From NCBI GenBank assembly GCA_041664745.1, contig JBAYKD010000003.1, positions 29,412-93,411 of the forward strand: DNA of 64,000 bases, in the 5' to 3' direction. Made by a program: the position numbers and the translations under genes. This document shows, piece by piece, positions 52,413 through 61,486 of the stretch (its first letter is position 1; every line of letters starts with the position of its first letter). The DNA comes from Minisyncoccota bacterium. GTDB lineage: Bacteria; Patescibacteriota; Minisyncoccia; Phycocordibacterales; UBA9973. Below the pieces are notes generated by a model. That model ran no database searches, was not told the DNA's origin, and saw only the letters and a program-made list of their open reading frames with translations.

Positions 52413-54026
52413 TTAATTTCTTGGTCCACCACCACTAACAGCTCCTAAAATACTCGGTGTTGTTGATTTTGTAACAGTAGTCGCAGTTCCTTTAATCGTT
52501 TTCGTAACAATAATATCACCAACCTTAAGACCTGAAATAATTTCAGATGATGTATCGTCTGCTAGACCAATCGTGACATCTACTTGTCTTGGAAGAGTTC
52601 CCGATACAGACCCTTGAACACCTGCTGTTGCGGCGGCTAATGGTGCGTCAAAGACTTCTACATAACTTGTACCACCCTGACTTTTAATGGCACTATTAGG
52701 CACAGCAATGACATCTGTAGCTGTATCGGTAATAATAGTAGCAGAGACACTCATGCCAGGCTTTACTCTATCATCATCAACATCAAGACTGATCAAAACA
52801 TTATAAGTAACAACACCCTGACTAACAATTCCGACAGAATCAATACCATCTACTTTACCTGTAATAGTTAATCCATCTATGGCATCAAAAGTTAAGGTAG
52901 CTTTTTGTCCTAATTTAATTTTTGCTATATCAACTTCATTCAATGCAATTTTAACAATCTTTTGTTTAGCAATTAAAGTACCAATACTACCACTAGCCGA
53001 CTGACCAACTTTTGCAGTTAGAGTTGCAATTATTCCATCAAAAGGAGCTCGCACAAAACAATCATTATAAGCATTTTGTTTTGTTTCTACGTTTAATTGT
53101 GATTGGCGTAGATCAAGAGGATCAGCTGGAGACAAGGTATCAGCTAATGACTGCTTGCCTTCTTCAATACTGTTTAAACTAGAAGTTATGCTATTTACAT
53201 AACTGTTCACACTTGTGGTCCACGAAGTTAAATCTTCTTGATTAGTTGCTGTAGCAGTAGTTCCACTTTGATCTAAATCGTTTGTTGTATAATCAAAACT
53301 TGCTTGAGTTAATTTTACGGCATTTGATATTACTTTTGCAGTATCAAGAGCCTCGCTTGTGAGCTTCTCTATATCACTATTACTACTTGATCTAGATAAA
53401 GTTTTATAAAAAGATACTGTTGAATCGAGACTATTTTTTGCATCCCAATAAGCTTTCTCAGATAAATCTAATTTACTTTTACCAGCTTTACCCAATAACA
53501 TTTTATTTTGATAACCCAAATATCCATTATTCAAAGAATCCATTCCAGTAACAATAGTCTGCATATCTACTACAAAAGAAGAAACATTATTCCATGAATC
53601 ATCATAGGCCTTTGCTGTAGAATTTTCTTTTTGAAGCACGCTTAGAGTATTTGGCGTCTTTAATTTATCAAGCGAAAGCTGTGCAGTTTCAAGTGCTATC
53701 CTAGCGTCACGAGAATCAATACTAGCAATAAGCTGGCCTCTCCTTACTTCTTGTCCAACTTTTACTGGAACAGAAATAACATCTCCAGATGCTTTGGCGT
53801 TTATGTCCACAGTATCACTAGATTCTATCTGCCCACTTCCAGAAACAGAGGTGATCACACTTCCATTTGAAACAACATTTGTAACATATCTAGTTTCTGT
53901 ACTTGTTTTATTTTTAAAAAATAAGAAATAAAAAATAACAATAATGGCTATAAGTATCGCAATGCTCCAAAATTTGTTATTAGAAATAAAAGATTTTATT
54001 TTCTGTATAAGAGTTAAATTATTCAT
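52413..54026 (-). CDS. Efflux periplasmic adaptor (HlyD/MacA family) with extended alpha-helical insert
   Basis: An N-terminal TM helix, biotinyl-lipoyl-like halves and beta-barrel motifs (VRAPFDGIIA, GMSVSATI). Confidence 0.75.
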   Translation of the reverse strand: MNNLTLIQKIKSFISNNKFWSIAILIAIIVIFYFLFFKNKTSTETRYVTNVVSNGSVITSVSGSGQIESSDTVDINAKASGDVISVPVKVGQEVRRGQLIASIDSRDARIALETAQLSLDKLKTPNTLSVLQKENSTAKAYDDSWNNVSSFVVDMQTIVTGMDSLNNGYLGYQNKMLLGKAGKSKLDLSEKAYWDAKNSLDSTVSFYKTLSRSSSNSDIEKLTSEALDTAKVISNAVKLTQASFDYTTNDLDQSGTTATATNQEDLTSWTTSVNSYVNSITSSLNSIEEGKQSLADTLSPADPLDLRQSQLNVETKQNAYNDCFVRAPFDGIIATLTAKVGQSASGSIGTLIAKQKIVKIALNEVDIAKIKLGQKATLTFDAIDGLTITGKVDGIDSVGIVSQGVVTYNVLISLDVDDDRVKPGMSVSATIITDTATDVIAVPNSAIKSQGGTSYVEVFDAPLAAATAGVQGSVSGTLPRQVDVTIGLADDTSSEIISGLKVGDIIVTKTIKGTATTVTKSTTPSILGAVSGGGPRN

Positions 54027-54031
54027 AATTG

Positions 54032-54550
54032 TTATATATTCTTATCATTAAATTCCGACATGTTTAGGTTTATCTCTTCTGGGGAAGGAATAATTCTTAT
54101 TAATTTTGCTTCTATCTGCCCTTGATCGTTTGGATTGCCTATTACAATGATAAATTTATCTACAACTAAATTATCTTTGGTAACTTTATCCTTTCTCTCT
54201 AATATGTTCGTATCATCTTTTATAACTACAACCTTTTCTGTTTGATCTTTATCTAATACTACAATGTTCGGAAATTCTATCCTGATAATCTTACCGATGG
54301 CTCCATGTGCATTGGGCATTTCTTTTAGATTATCCCTCATGAAAGGTGGAGCTTTACGCATTGGACCAAAATTTCTTTCATAATTATTCCCCCAATCATT
54401 ACGAAACGATGCCTTTCTAAAACCCGCTATCATACCTAATTGAAATATTAAAACTATAATAAAAACTATACCAATAGCATATATTAGCTTTTTGAAATTT
54501 TTCGACTCTGCAAAACTTTTTATGTCATTTTTTATTTGATGTATGTTCAT
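54032..54550 (-). CDS. Membrane-anchored hypothetical protein with C-terminal small beta-domain
   Basis: One TM helix. The C-terminal HGAIGKIIRIEFPNIVVLDKD...FIIVIGNPNDQGQIEAKLIRIIP resembles the C-termini of the 49992..50435 and 61931..62635 proteins. Confidence 0.4.
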   Translation of the reverse strand: MNIHQIKNDIKSFAESKNFKKLIYAIGIVFIIVLIFQLGMIAGFRKASFRNDWGNNYERNFGPMRKAPPFMRDNLKEMPNAHGAIGKIIRIEFPNIVVLDKDQTEKVVVIKDDTNILERKDKVTKDNLVVDKFIIVIGNPNDQGQIEAKLIRIIPSPEEINLNMSEFNDKNI

Positions 54551-54551
54551 A

Positions 54552-54959
54552 TTATATATTCCAATTAATTAATAAATTACTTCTATATTGATGAAAAGCT
54601 TTTCTTAGAGAGACGAGCATTGAGAATAGTAAGAATGATAAAGCTCCGAGACTTGCCACTGGAAGTGAATCGGCAAGAGATAATAAATATTCTTTCCAAT
54701 ACGTTGCAAACAAACCGGCATCTGAGAAAACTAATGATGCATATTGGAAGAAGCCAGATGAATTAAATTGTTGTTTTATATGGAAAGACATAAAAACAAA
54801 ACCACCTAAAGATAATACCCCTACAATACCATAGGATATAGATTGTATCTTTAGGCGTTTTGCTTGCCTTAACTGTATGCCACGCCAAATAGCATCCGAA
54901 AGCCCTGTTTCCGGATGATTGTACGCCTGCTTGAACAATTTTGATAAATTATCGTTCAT
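54552..54959 (-). CDS. Putative membrane anti-sigma factor
   Basis: 135 aa with a cytoplasmic N-terminus and 2-3 TM helices, positioned downstream of the ECF sigma gene. Assignment is by context only. Confidence 0.4.
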   Translation of the reverse strand: MNDNLSKLFKQAYNHPETGLSDAIWRGIQLRQAKRLKIQSISYGIVGVLSLGGFVFMSFHIKQQFNSSGFFQYASLVFSDAGLFATYWKEYLLSLADSLPVASLGALSFLLFSMLVSLRKAFHQYRSNLLINWNI

Positions 54960-55114
54960 ATACTAAGGTATACGAGACTACAATAACTTTTGGTGCAAGG
55001 GAAAAAACTTGCATAAAAATAGCTCTCTTCAAAAACCACACAATAAAACTCTGCTGAGTTTTTTGCTCGTACTCGGGCCGTCGCCCTCCGTAAGGCTTTT
55101 TTCAGAGACTATTT

Positions 55115-55657
55115 TTATTCCAGTTTTTTCTTGAGCAATACAAGCGCCCTGTGATGATAGCTCTTCACAGTATTCATGGGCTTGCCTAGTACCTCGCCTA
55201 TTTCTTTGAAGGTCATATCTTCTTGATAATAGAGAGTGAGTACTAATTTATAATTTGGAGGAAGTTCATCTAAAATTTTCAAAAGCATTTTCTTGTCCTC
55301 TAATTTCTCAAAAATTTCATCTTGTAAAATAGATTCATCTTCTATCTCCTCTTCTTTAAAATCTTCATCATCTAAGGATGAAAATGAAATGGACTTCTTC
55401 TTACGTAAATAATCTGTAATAGTATTGCGAGTGATTACGAAAAGCCAAGTTTTAAATTGCGACTTATCGCTATTAAAACTTTTTAAATTTTCCCAAGCTT
55501 TTATGAAAACTTCTTGGACAATATCTTGTGCATACAAGGGCCCAACAAACCGAAATGTGAAATTGTAAATAGAAGAAGTGTGCTTATCTATAAGCACCTT
55601 GAGAGAATTATCATCTCCATTTAAATATTGTTGTATTAATGTATAATCTTCTTCCAT
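55115..55657 (-). CDS. ECF-type RNA polymerase sigma-70 family factor
   Basis: Region 2 (DIVQEVFIKAWENL...FKTWLFVITRN) and region 4 (MTFKEIGEVLGKPMNTVKSYHHRA). Confidence 0.85.
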   Translation of the reverse strand: MEEDYTLIQQYLNGDDNSLKVLIDKHTSSIYNFTFRFVGPLYAQDIVQEVFIKAWENLKSFNSDKSQFKTWLFVITRNTITDYLRKKKSISFSSLDDEDFKEEEIEDESILQDEIFEKLEDKKMLLKILDELPPNYKLVLTLYYQEDMTFKEIGEVLGKPMNTVKSYHHRALVLLKKKLE

Positions 55658-55669
55658 CAATCTAATATA

Positions 55670-56284
55670 CTACTTTTTGTTGTATTTGGGATGTTCTTCT
55701 TTTATAGACAAAAAATAGTTTGCGTATCTGGATAATGCAAAAAGTACAGACGAGAGACGATTAAGATATGCAATAGTGACCTTGCCTATCCTAACTCCGT
55801 CATCAAGAACGGCTATCACTCGCCTCTCACATCTACGAGCTAGGGTCCTTCCAAAATCAAGTTCAGCACTTAAGAGGCTACCACCAGAAACAGTGAATGA
55901 AGTTATAGGTGGTAATGATTCACTAATAATTTTAATAATACTTTCTATTTTATTTAGACTAGACTTTTCGACTGTCATCTCCGAGCCTGCTAATTCTGCT
56001 TGGATAATAAAAAGAGTTTGCTGTAAACCACTTATAACATCACTAAATAATATCTTATTCTTCTTATTTAAAACTATTTTCATCTGCTCATTTTGTGCAT
56101 AAACTTTCACAATACCAAGATATGCATTGAGTTCATCGAGTGCACCTAAGGCCTCTATAATATCTGCGCTTTTGGAAATTCGTCCTTGATCACAATGAAA
56201 AAGGGTCGTGGTACCAAGGTCCCCCTTACCTGTATATAAAGTATTTTTCTTAGATTTTTTACTATTTATCTTCGTTACCTTCAT
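55670..56284 (-). CDS. PduO-type ATP:cob(I)alamin adenosyltransferase family protein
   Basis: YTGKGDLGTTTLF, ALDELNAYLG and the helical bundle C-terminus. Confidence 0.75.
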   Translation of the reverse strand: MKVTKINSKKSKKNTLYTGKGDLGTTTLFHCDQGRISKSADIIEALGALDELNAYLGIVKVYAQNEQMKIVLNKKNKILFSDVISGLQQTLFIIQAELAGSEMTVEKSSLNKIESIIKIISESLPPITSFTVSGGSLLSAELDFGRTLARRCERRVIAVLDDGVRIGKVTIAYLNRLSSVLFALSRYANYFLSIKEEHPKYNKK

Positions 56285-56325
56285 AGTTTAATTATTATAC
56301 CAACACAAAACTTTTCCCCCAACTA

Positions 56326-56354
56326 TTGACTTTTCATAAAAAAATGCTTATAAT
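56326..56354 (+). promoter_or_regulatory. Consensus sigma-70 promoter for small ORF 1
   Basis: TTGACT (56326-31), 17 nt, then TATAAT (56349-54). Confidence 0.65.
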
Positions 56355-56396
56355 ATAAGTGAAAAATAATTGTTAAACTATTAATTTCCAGGACTT

Positions 56397-56576
56397 ATGG
56401 ATGATGATGAAAAAAATGAGTGGATGACAAGAAACAATGCCACATTCTCACACTTCGTGGGAGAAAAAGAAGTTTGGGAATCTCCTAAATTTACCATAGT
56501 CTGGCATAACGGACTCAAAGGTATGTCTAAGGGAGCACTAACCGAAGAGGAAGAAAAAAATATCTTCGGTAGGTAA
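56397..56576 (+). CDS. Small hypothetical protein (59 aa), not in ORF track (below the size cutoff)
   Basis: ATG preceded by AGGA. Translation: MDDDEKNEWMTRNNATFSHFVGEKEVWESPKFTIVWHNGLKGMSKGALTEEEEKNIFGR. It is followed by the terminator GAGCAGacaaaaaCTGCTCtttcttttt. Confidence 0.45.
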   Translation: MDDDEKNEWMTRNNATFSHFVGEKEVWESPKFTIVWHNGLKGMSKGALTEEEEKNIFGR

Positions 56577-56587
56577 AAAATTTGATC

Positions 56588-56615
56588 GAGCAGACAAAAA
56601 CTGCTCTTTCTTTTT
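56588..56615 (+). terminator. Intrinsic terminator after small ORF 1
   Basis: GAGCAG-acaaaaa-CTGCTC followed by a T-rich run. Confidence 0.6.
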
Positions 56616-56632
56616 ACCCAAAATCCCCAATA

Positions 56633-56661
56633 TTGACTATTCTACGTATAAGGAATAAGAT
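56633..56661 (+). promoter_or_regulatory. Sigma-70-like promoter for small ORF 2 (paralogous to 56326..56354)
   Basis: TTGACT (56633-38), 17 nt, then TAAGAT (56656-61). It shares the CCCCAANATTGACT upstream context and a downstream TAATTGTTAAA leader with the first cassette. Confidence 0.55.
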
Positions 56662-56706
56662 AAAAATTAAGTATGTTCTAATTGTTAAATTCTTAAACTT
56701 AAGCTT

Positions 56707-56910
56707 ATGTGCGACGTCTTAGTAAAGTTAACGGGGGAATTCAAAAATTTAGGAGAGAAAAAAGCAATTCTAAAAAGAAAAAGGCTCGAAGTATCTCAGT
56801 CCATTAAAAACGCAGTTATTCTCTTTGTCTTTGTTCAAGACAAAAATGCGAAAAAGACCCTGGACCGGTACAAGAAAAAACACCCAAAAGCGGTGGAAGT
56901 AGTCGTTTAA
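56707..56910 (+). CDS. Small basic hypothetical protein (67 aa)
   Basis: Track ORF with its own promoter and a downstream hairpin plus T-run. No recognisable family. Confidence 0.4.
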   Translation: MCDVLVKLTGEFKNLGEKKAILKRKRLEVSQSIKNAVILFVFVQDKNAKKTLDRYKKKHPKAVEVVV

Positions 56911-56978
56911 AAAAACAGTTTTTTAAGCCTAAAAAAAGTGATGCCCATAAAGCACCACTTTTTTAACGCCCTAAAAAA

Positions 56979-58091
56979 TTATTTATAATACACGCCCACA
57001 GCTTCACTTATATTTTCATACCCATCTTTTTTAATTAGTTTTGCGAGATCTTTATTTATCTCCCCTATTACACTTGGACCCTCGTATATCATACTTGTAA
57101 TTAACTGAACAAGACTTGAACCTCTTTTAATTTTTTCATAAGCATCCGCACCTGTAAAAATTCCTCCACAACCAATTATTATAAATCTATCCTTATATTT
57201 CTTGTAAATTTCACTTATAAGATTATTGGATAGAGCTTCTGTAGGCTTGCCACTGAAGTTACCCTTACCGGCATTTTTTATTTCTCCTTTATCAAAATAA
57301 ACATTACTTCTATCCTTCACTAAGTTTGACATAATGACTCCAGAAACCCATTTGTATGAAGATGCAATCTCACAAAGAGCCAGAGTCTCCTCTACACTTT
57401 TCTCGGCATACATTTTTATAAATAATGGCTTATCAATATTTAAATAAGATAGTTTATTCAAAAGGATAGAAAATCCGACAGGATCATCAAACTTCTCTTT
57501 TAGGTTTTCGATATTTATAAGATTAGGACAGGAAATATTTAATTCATAATAATCAAAGTGACCAGATTTTAATACAACTTCAAAAGACAGAAATACATCC
57601 TCGGCCATATCCTCAATCTTTTTGTAAGATTGATTCGTAGAACCTATACTAATACCAAGTGGAATAGAAGCCTTCTCCCTAGACACTTTATTTAAGACAT
57701 AAAAAATCCCATTGTTTTTGAAACCTTTGTTCACAAGAAGAGATAAAGATTTTGGTAATCTACCAAGCATTGGCTTTGGATTACCAACATATGGCGAGTA
57801 AGTAATAGAGCCAATAGTATGATAACCAAAACCAACAGACGGAAGTATGCCGATAAGATCTGCATCATAATCAAAACCAGCAGCAAGACCAATAGGATTC
57901 TTAAATTTAATTCCTAAGACTTTTTGTTTTAGAATATCATTTTTATATCTGAATATTTTTTTTACGATCTTTCTAGTAAATTTAAAACGCCCCAAAAGAT
58001 TTCCCTTCTCTAGGAAGTAAGTATGAACGTCATCTGCCGGAAACTTAAAAAGTATCGGTTTAATAATTTTTTTATAAATAAACTTGATCAT
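56979..58091 (-). CDS. pyrD: Dihydroorotate dehydrogenase, class 2-like
   Basis: NPIGLAAGFDYDA, GSITYSPYVGNPKPM, a NISCPN-type motif and the C-terminal GGIFTGADAYEKIKRGSSLVQL. Confidence 0.8.
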   Translation of the reverse strand: MIKFIYKKIIKPILFKFPADDVHTYFLEKGNLLGRFKFTRKIVKKIFRYKNDILKQKVLGIKFKNPIGLAAGFDYDADLIGILPSVGFGYHTIGSITYSPYVGNPKPMLGRLPKSLSLLVNKGFKNNGIFYVLNKVSREKASIPLGISIGSTNQSYKKIEDMAEDVFLSFEVVLKSGHFDYYELNISCPNLINIENLKEKFDDPVGFSILLNKLSYLNIDKPLFIKMYAEKSVEETLALCEIASSYKWVSGVIMSNLVKDRSNVYFDKGEIKNAGKGNFSGKPTEALSNNLISEIYKKYKDRFIIIGCGGIFTGADAYEKIKRGSSLVQLITSMIYEGPSVIGEINKDLAKLIKKDGYENISEAVGVYYK

Positions 58092-58092
58092 T

Positions 58093-58488
58093 TTATTCTG
58101 TAGTTACTCCATCAAATTCAGGGCCATCGGCTTCCGCCTCCGCTTTAGTAGAACGAAGTACACCATCCTTGTGATGTGCTGGAGAGTAGATAGTATACAT
58201 CTTAAGCCCATTTACACCAGCTATAACGTTATGATTCGCTCCACTTGGTACAATGACTGCATCACCATCTGCTACCTGATACTCTGTCTCATTTATTATT
58301 ACCTTGCCCGTCCCCGCTTCGAAACGGAAGAATTGATCATTATCTGGATGAACTTCCATGCCAATATCTTCGTTAGGATTTAGGCTCATAAGTACAAGTT
58401 GACAATGTGCACCCGTATAAAGCACCTTACGAAAATTATTATTTTCTTTTGTTAAACTTTCTATATTTTGTTTGAATCCTTTTTTCAT
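58093..58488 (-). CDS. Cupin-domain protein
   Basis: 131 aa with a cupin_2-like GMEVHPDNDQFFRFEAGTGKV...VIVPSGANHNV. Confidence 0.65.
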   Translation of the reverse strand: MKKGFKQNIESLTKENNNFRKVLYTGAHCQLVLMSLNPNEDIGMEVHPDNDQFFRFEAGTGKVIINETEYQVADGDAVIVPSGANHNVIAGVNGLKMYTIYSPAHHKDGVLRSTKAEAEADGPEFDGVTTE

Positions 58489-58501
58489 ATGATTATATAA
58501 A

Positions 58502-59818
58502 TTAATTAATAACTTCTTCTATTATACTCCCCTTTTCATATATTATTAAATCGTCCTTGTTTTGTACCCAAGCCTTCTGTAAAGAATCTATTATCCTCCA
58601 AGTCTCCAAAACCTCTTCATTTGAAGAGAATAAACTATGATCACCATTAATTGCATTAAAAAGTACTTGCTCATAAGCTTCAGGTAATGCACTATAATGA
58701 TCTTTAAATAAGAAATTTAAAGCATGTCGGCTTACTTGATGTTCATAACCTGGACGCTTCGCCCAGACAGAGAATGAAATACCTTCATCTGGCTGAAGAC
58801 GTAACAGTAATTCATTTGATTCATGGTCATGACCTTTCCTATATAAAATTCTTATTTCCGTATACTTATCATGAAGTGCCTTACCAGTTTTTAAATTTAT
58901 TTCTACTCCCTGCCACTTTGGATCATTGGACTCTAAATTTATCGAAGCAAAAGTTTCCGTCATACTTTGTGGATTGTCTACTTCTTTCTTATAGCCATCA
59001 TATTGACCACGGAAAGATTCATTTTCTTTTACCTTAAGTTGTCTTAAAGCTTCATATCTCTCTTGTGGAACAAGCTCTAAATGCTCTTCGTCTGGTATAT
59101 CCATAAGCGTCAAAGCAAGTAATTGAAGTAAATGGCTTTGGATTAGATCCCTGAGAGCTCCTGTCTGTTCATAGAAATTTACTCGTCCTTCTATGCCTAA
59201 TTTTTCAGAAACTACAACTTCAATCTTTTCAATAAAATCTTTATTCCAAGTTCTTTTAAATAAAGAATTGCCACCACGAAATACTATAATATTCTGAGCT
59301 GTCTCTTTGGCTAAGTAATGATCAATACGATAAACCTGCTCTTTCTTAAAACAACGATCTATGTGATCAACTAAACTTTTAGCACTTTCTAAATCTACTC
59401 CAAATGGTTTCTCAAGCAAAAGCTTCACTCCTTCCTTACTGGCAAGACCCGACTCCCCTAAGAGACCAATAATAGATTTGGAAGTTGTAGGAGGAACAGA
59501 AAGATAAAACAAACATTGTGTAGAACTTCCAAAATCTTTCTCTATCGCTTCTATCCTACTTCCCAACTTTCTGTAATCTTCTACATTATTTAAATCCATC
59601 TGGAACATTTCTGTACTACTCCTCAGATATTCTTTGTTTGTTGTACTTTGTAGTAAATCATTCAGATTAATATCTGACTGCCTCGTCACTCCAATTATTT
59701 TAAATTGTTCTGGTATCTTACCACTCTCGGCTATCTGCCCGATAGCTGGAAGAAGCTTCCTTTTAGATAAGTCGCCTGAAATTCCTATTATAATTAAAAT
59801 TGTTGGTTTACTTATCAT
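58502..59818 (-). CDS. zwf: Glucose-6-phosphate 1-dehydrogenase
   Basis: IIGISGDLSKRKLLPA (NADP site) and RIDHYLAKE (active-site motif). Confidence 0.9.
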   Translation of the reverse strand: MISKPTILIIIGISGDLSKRKLLPAIGQIAESGKIPEQFKIIGVTRQSDINLNDLLQSTTNKEYLRSSTEMFQMDLNNVEDYRKLGSRIEAIEKDFGSSTQCLFYLSVPPTTSKSIIGLLGESGLASKEGVKLLLEKPFGVDLESAKSLVDHIDRCFKKEQVYRIDHYLAKETAQNIIVFRGGNSLFKRTWNKDFIEKIEVVVSEKLGIEGRVNFYEQTGALRDLIQSHLLQLLALTLMDIPDEEHLELVPQERYEALRQLKVKENESFRGQYDGYKKEVDNPQSMTETFASINLESNDPKWQGVEINLKTGKALHDKYTEIRILYRKGHDHESNELLLRLQPDEGISFSVWAKRPGYEHQVSRHALNFLFKDHYSALPEAYEQVLFNAINGDHSLFSSNEEVLETWRIIDSLQKAWVQNKDDLIIYEKGSIIEEVIN

Positions 59819-59837
59819 TTTTTTATTAATTATTTAA

Positions 59838-60740
59838 CTAATTGTTTATCTTGTGTCCACCGAAAGCATTACGCATGGACGCAAGCAACTTTGTAGCAAA
59901 ATTAACTTTACCTTTTTGTGATTCAATTCTGACATCAAAAGAAGTCTGTATGGCAGGTGTATCTATACCAAACTCTTTAGCAACTTCAAGCGCCCAACGT
60001 GCTTCACCTGACTCAGCAACAGTACCCTCTACTCCATTCAGTTCTCTATTATCTTTCAATATATCTCTCGTAAGTTCATTAAGCCATGAAGTGATCACGC
60101 TCCTATGCTGCCAAACAACCGAAGCTTTGTATAAATCTAAACTCTTGTATGGACCCTCTTTGAGTAACCTATACCCTTCTGCTAAACTTTCCATCATGCC
60201 GTATTCTATAGCATTGTGAACCATTTTAACATAGTGACCAGATCCACTTTCGCCAAAGTATGCATACATGCCAGTAGGCTCTTTAAGCGTCTCTAGAACT
60301 TCCTTTATTTTATCAACTGAAGTACTATCTCCGCCAACCATCATAGAAAATCCATTCTGATAACCCCAGATGCCACCTGATGTACCTATATCAATCATTT
60401 CAGAACCGCTAGCTCTAACCTTCTCACTTCTTCTAAGACTGTCACTCCATTTAGAATTTCCACCATCTATCAAAATACTCCCCTTAGGAATGAGTGTAAG
60501 CCAAGTATCTATCTCACTATCGACAACATCTGATGGCACCATGATCCAGATAATTACTTGGTCTCCTCCAAATGAAGATACGACTTCCTCTTTCGTATAA
60601 GCCCCTATCATTCCAAGAGTCTTCATCTCATCGACAAGTCCACTACTTCTGTTTGAAGCAATGACAGTATGTCCGCCTTCATGAAGCTTCTTTGCTATTT
60701 GTGAACCCATTCTTCCTAAACCAAAAATTGCTATTTTCAT
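59838..60740 (-). CDS. gnd: 6-phosphogluconate dehydrogenase, decarboxylating (short, ~300-aa form)
   Basis: MKIAIFGLGRMGSQIA Rossmann start, GSGHYVKMVHNAIEYG and the C-terminal FGGH. Confidence 0.85.
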   Translation of the reverse strand: MKIAIFGLGRMGSQIAKKLHEGGHTVIASNRSSGLVDEMKTLGMIGAYTKEEVVSSFGGDQVIIWIMVPSDVVDSEIDTWLTLIPKGSILIDGGNSKWSDSLRRSEKVRASGSEMIDIGTSGGIWGYQNGFSMMVGGDSTSVDKIKEVLETLKEPTGMYAYFGESGSGHYVKMVHNAIEYGMMESLAEGYRLLKEGPYKSLDLYKASVVWQHRSVITSWLNELTRDILKDNRELNGVEGTVAESGEARWALEVAKEFGIDTPAIQTSFDVRIESQKGKVNFATKLLASMRNAFGGHKINN

Positions 60741-60742
60741 AA

Positions 60743-61414
60743 TTATTCTTTTTTGTAATCTGTAAAAATTGTTAATAATGGAATTCTTTTTAATATTTGA
60801 GAAGGATCTTCATCAATAGGAAATTCTTTTTGTAGTTTTTCTAAAATTGGCCATTTCGTTTCTCCCATAGCAAAAACGATCGCTTCATCAAGCTTTGTTA
60901 TAACCTTAGGTGTTATCGTAATACGATCAAAAGAAGGAGTCTCATAAGCACAAACTAATTCAGAGGAATTAACCGCATCACTAAATGGTAAAACTCCGGC
61001 AGTATGTCCATCTATACCAATACCAAAATTCCCTATTTTATAATCTGCTTTCTCTAATTCTTCTTTTAAAACATCTCTAAGTCTTTTAGTTGTATCTACA
61101 AAACTTTCACCAGTTAAAAATGTAATTATCTTTGCTTTTTCTATCTCAAAACCTAGTTGTTTTAATTGATACCAGTTTGAATCTAGGTGGTTCTCTGCAC
61201 CAAATCTTTCATCTGTTAAGGTTATTACGAGTCTCCCTGGGAGATTTGTATTTATCTTATCTGCGACTTTTGATTGAACTTTTATAGAAGAACCTCCAGT
61301 AACAAACCAGAGTACTCTCTTCCCTTCTGCTAACTTATTATTAATAGCTTCTGCTACAAAGATGGCAATTTCTTCCTCATCTTTAGTTGTTTTTATATTA
61401 AGATTCATATTCAT
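60743..61414 (-). CDS. pgl: 6-phosphogluconolactonase (NagB/RpiA/CoA-transferase-like fold)
   Basis: FVTGGSS and GIGIDGHTAGVLP motifs, in a zwf-gnd-pgl-type cluster. Confidence 0.75.
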   Translation of the reverse strand: MNMNLNIKTTKDEEEIAIFVAEAINNKLAEGKRVLWFVTGGSSIKVQSKVADKINTNLPGRLVITLTDERFGAENHLDSNWYQLKQLGFEIEKAKIITFLTGESFVDTTKRLRDVLKEELEKADYKIGNFGIGIDGHTAGVLPFSDAVNSSELVCAYETPSFDRITITPKVITKLDEAIVFAMGETKWPILEKLQKEFPIDEDPSQILKRIPLLTIFTDYKKE

Positions 61415-61447
61415 ATTATAGCACCAACCAAGTACTTTTATGTAAAC

Positions 61448-61478
61448 TAAAATAAAGCCTATTTTAGGCTTTATTTTG
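61448..61478. terminator. Intrinsic terminator (bidirectional hairpin)
   Basis: AAAATAAAGCCtattttaGGCTTTATTTT lies just downstream of the 61487..61825 gene. Confidence 0.75.
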
Positions 61479-61486
61479 ATTAGTTG

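Noticed and set aside
55068-55100. A GC-rich patch (CTCGGGCCGTCGCCCTCCGTAAGGC) in the sigma/anti-sigma spacer might be another member of the repeat family.
   Set aside because: Only a 4-bp GGGC/GCCC hairpin is present and there is no convincing similarity to the other copies. The evidence is insufficient.
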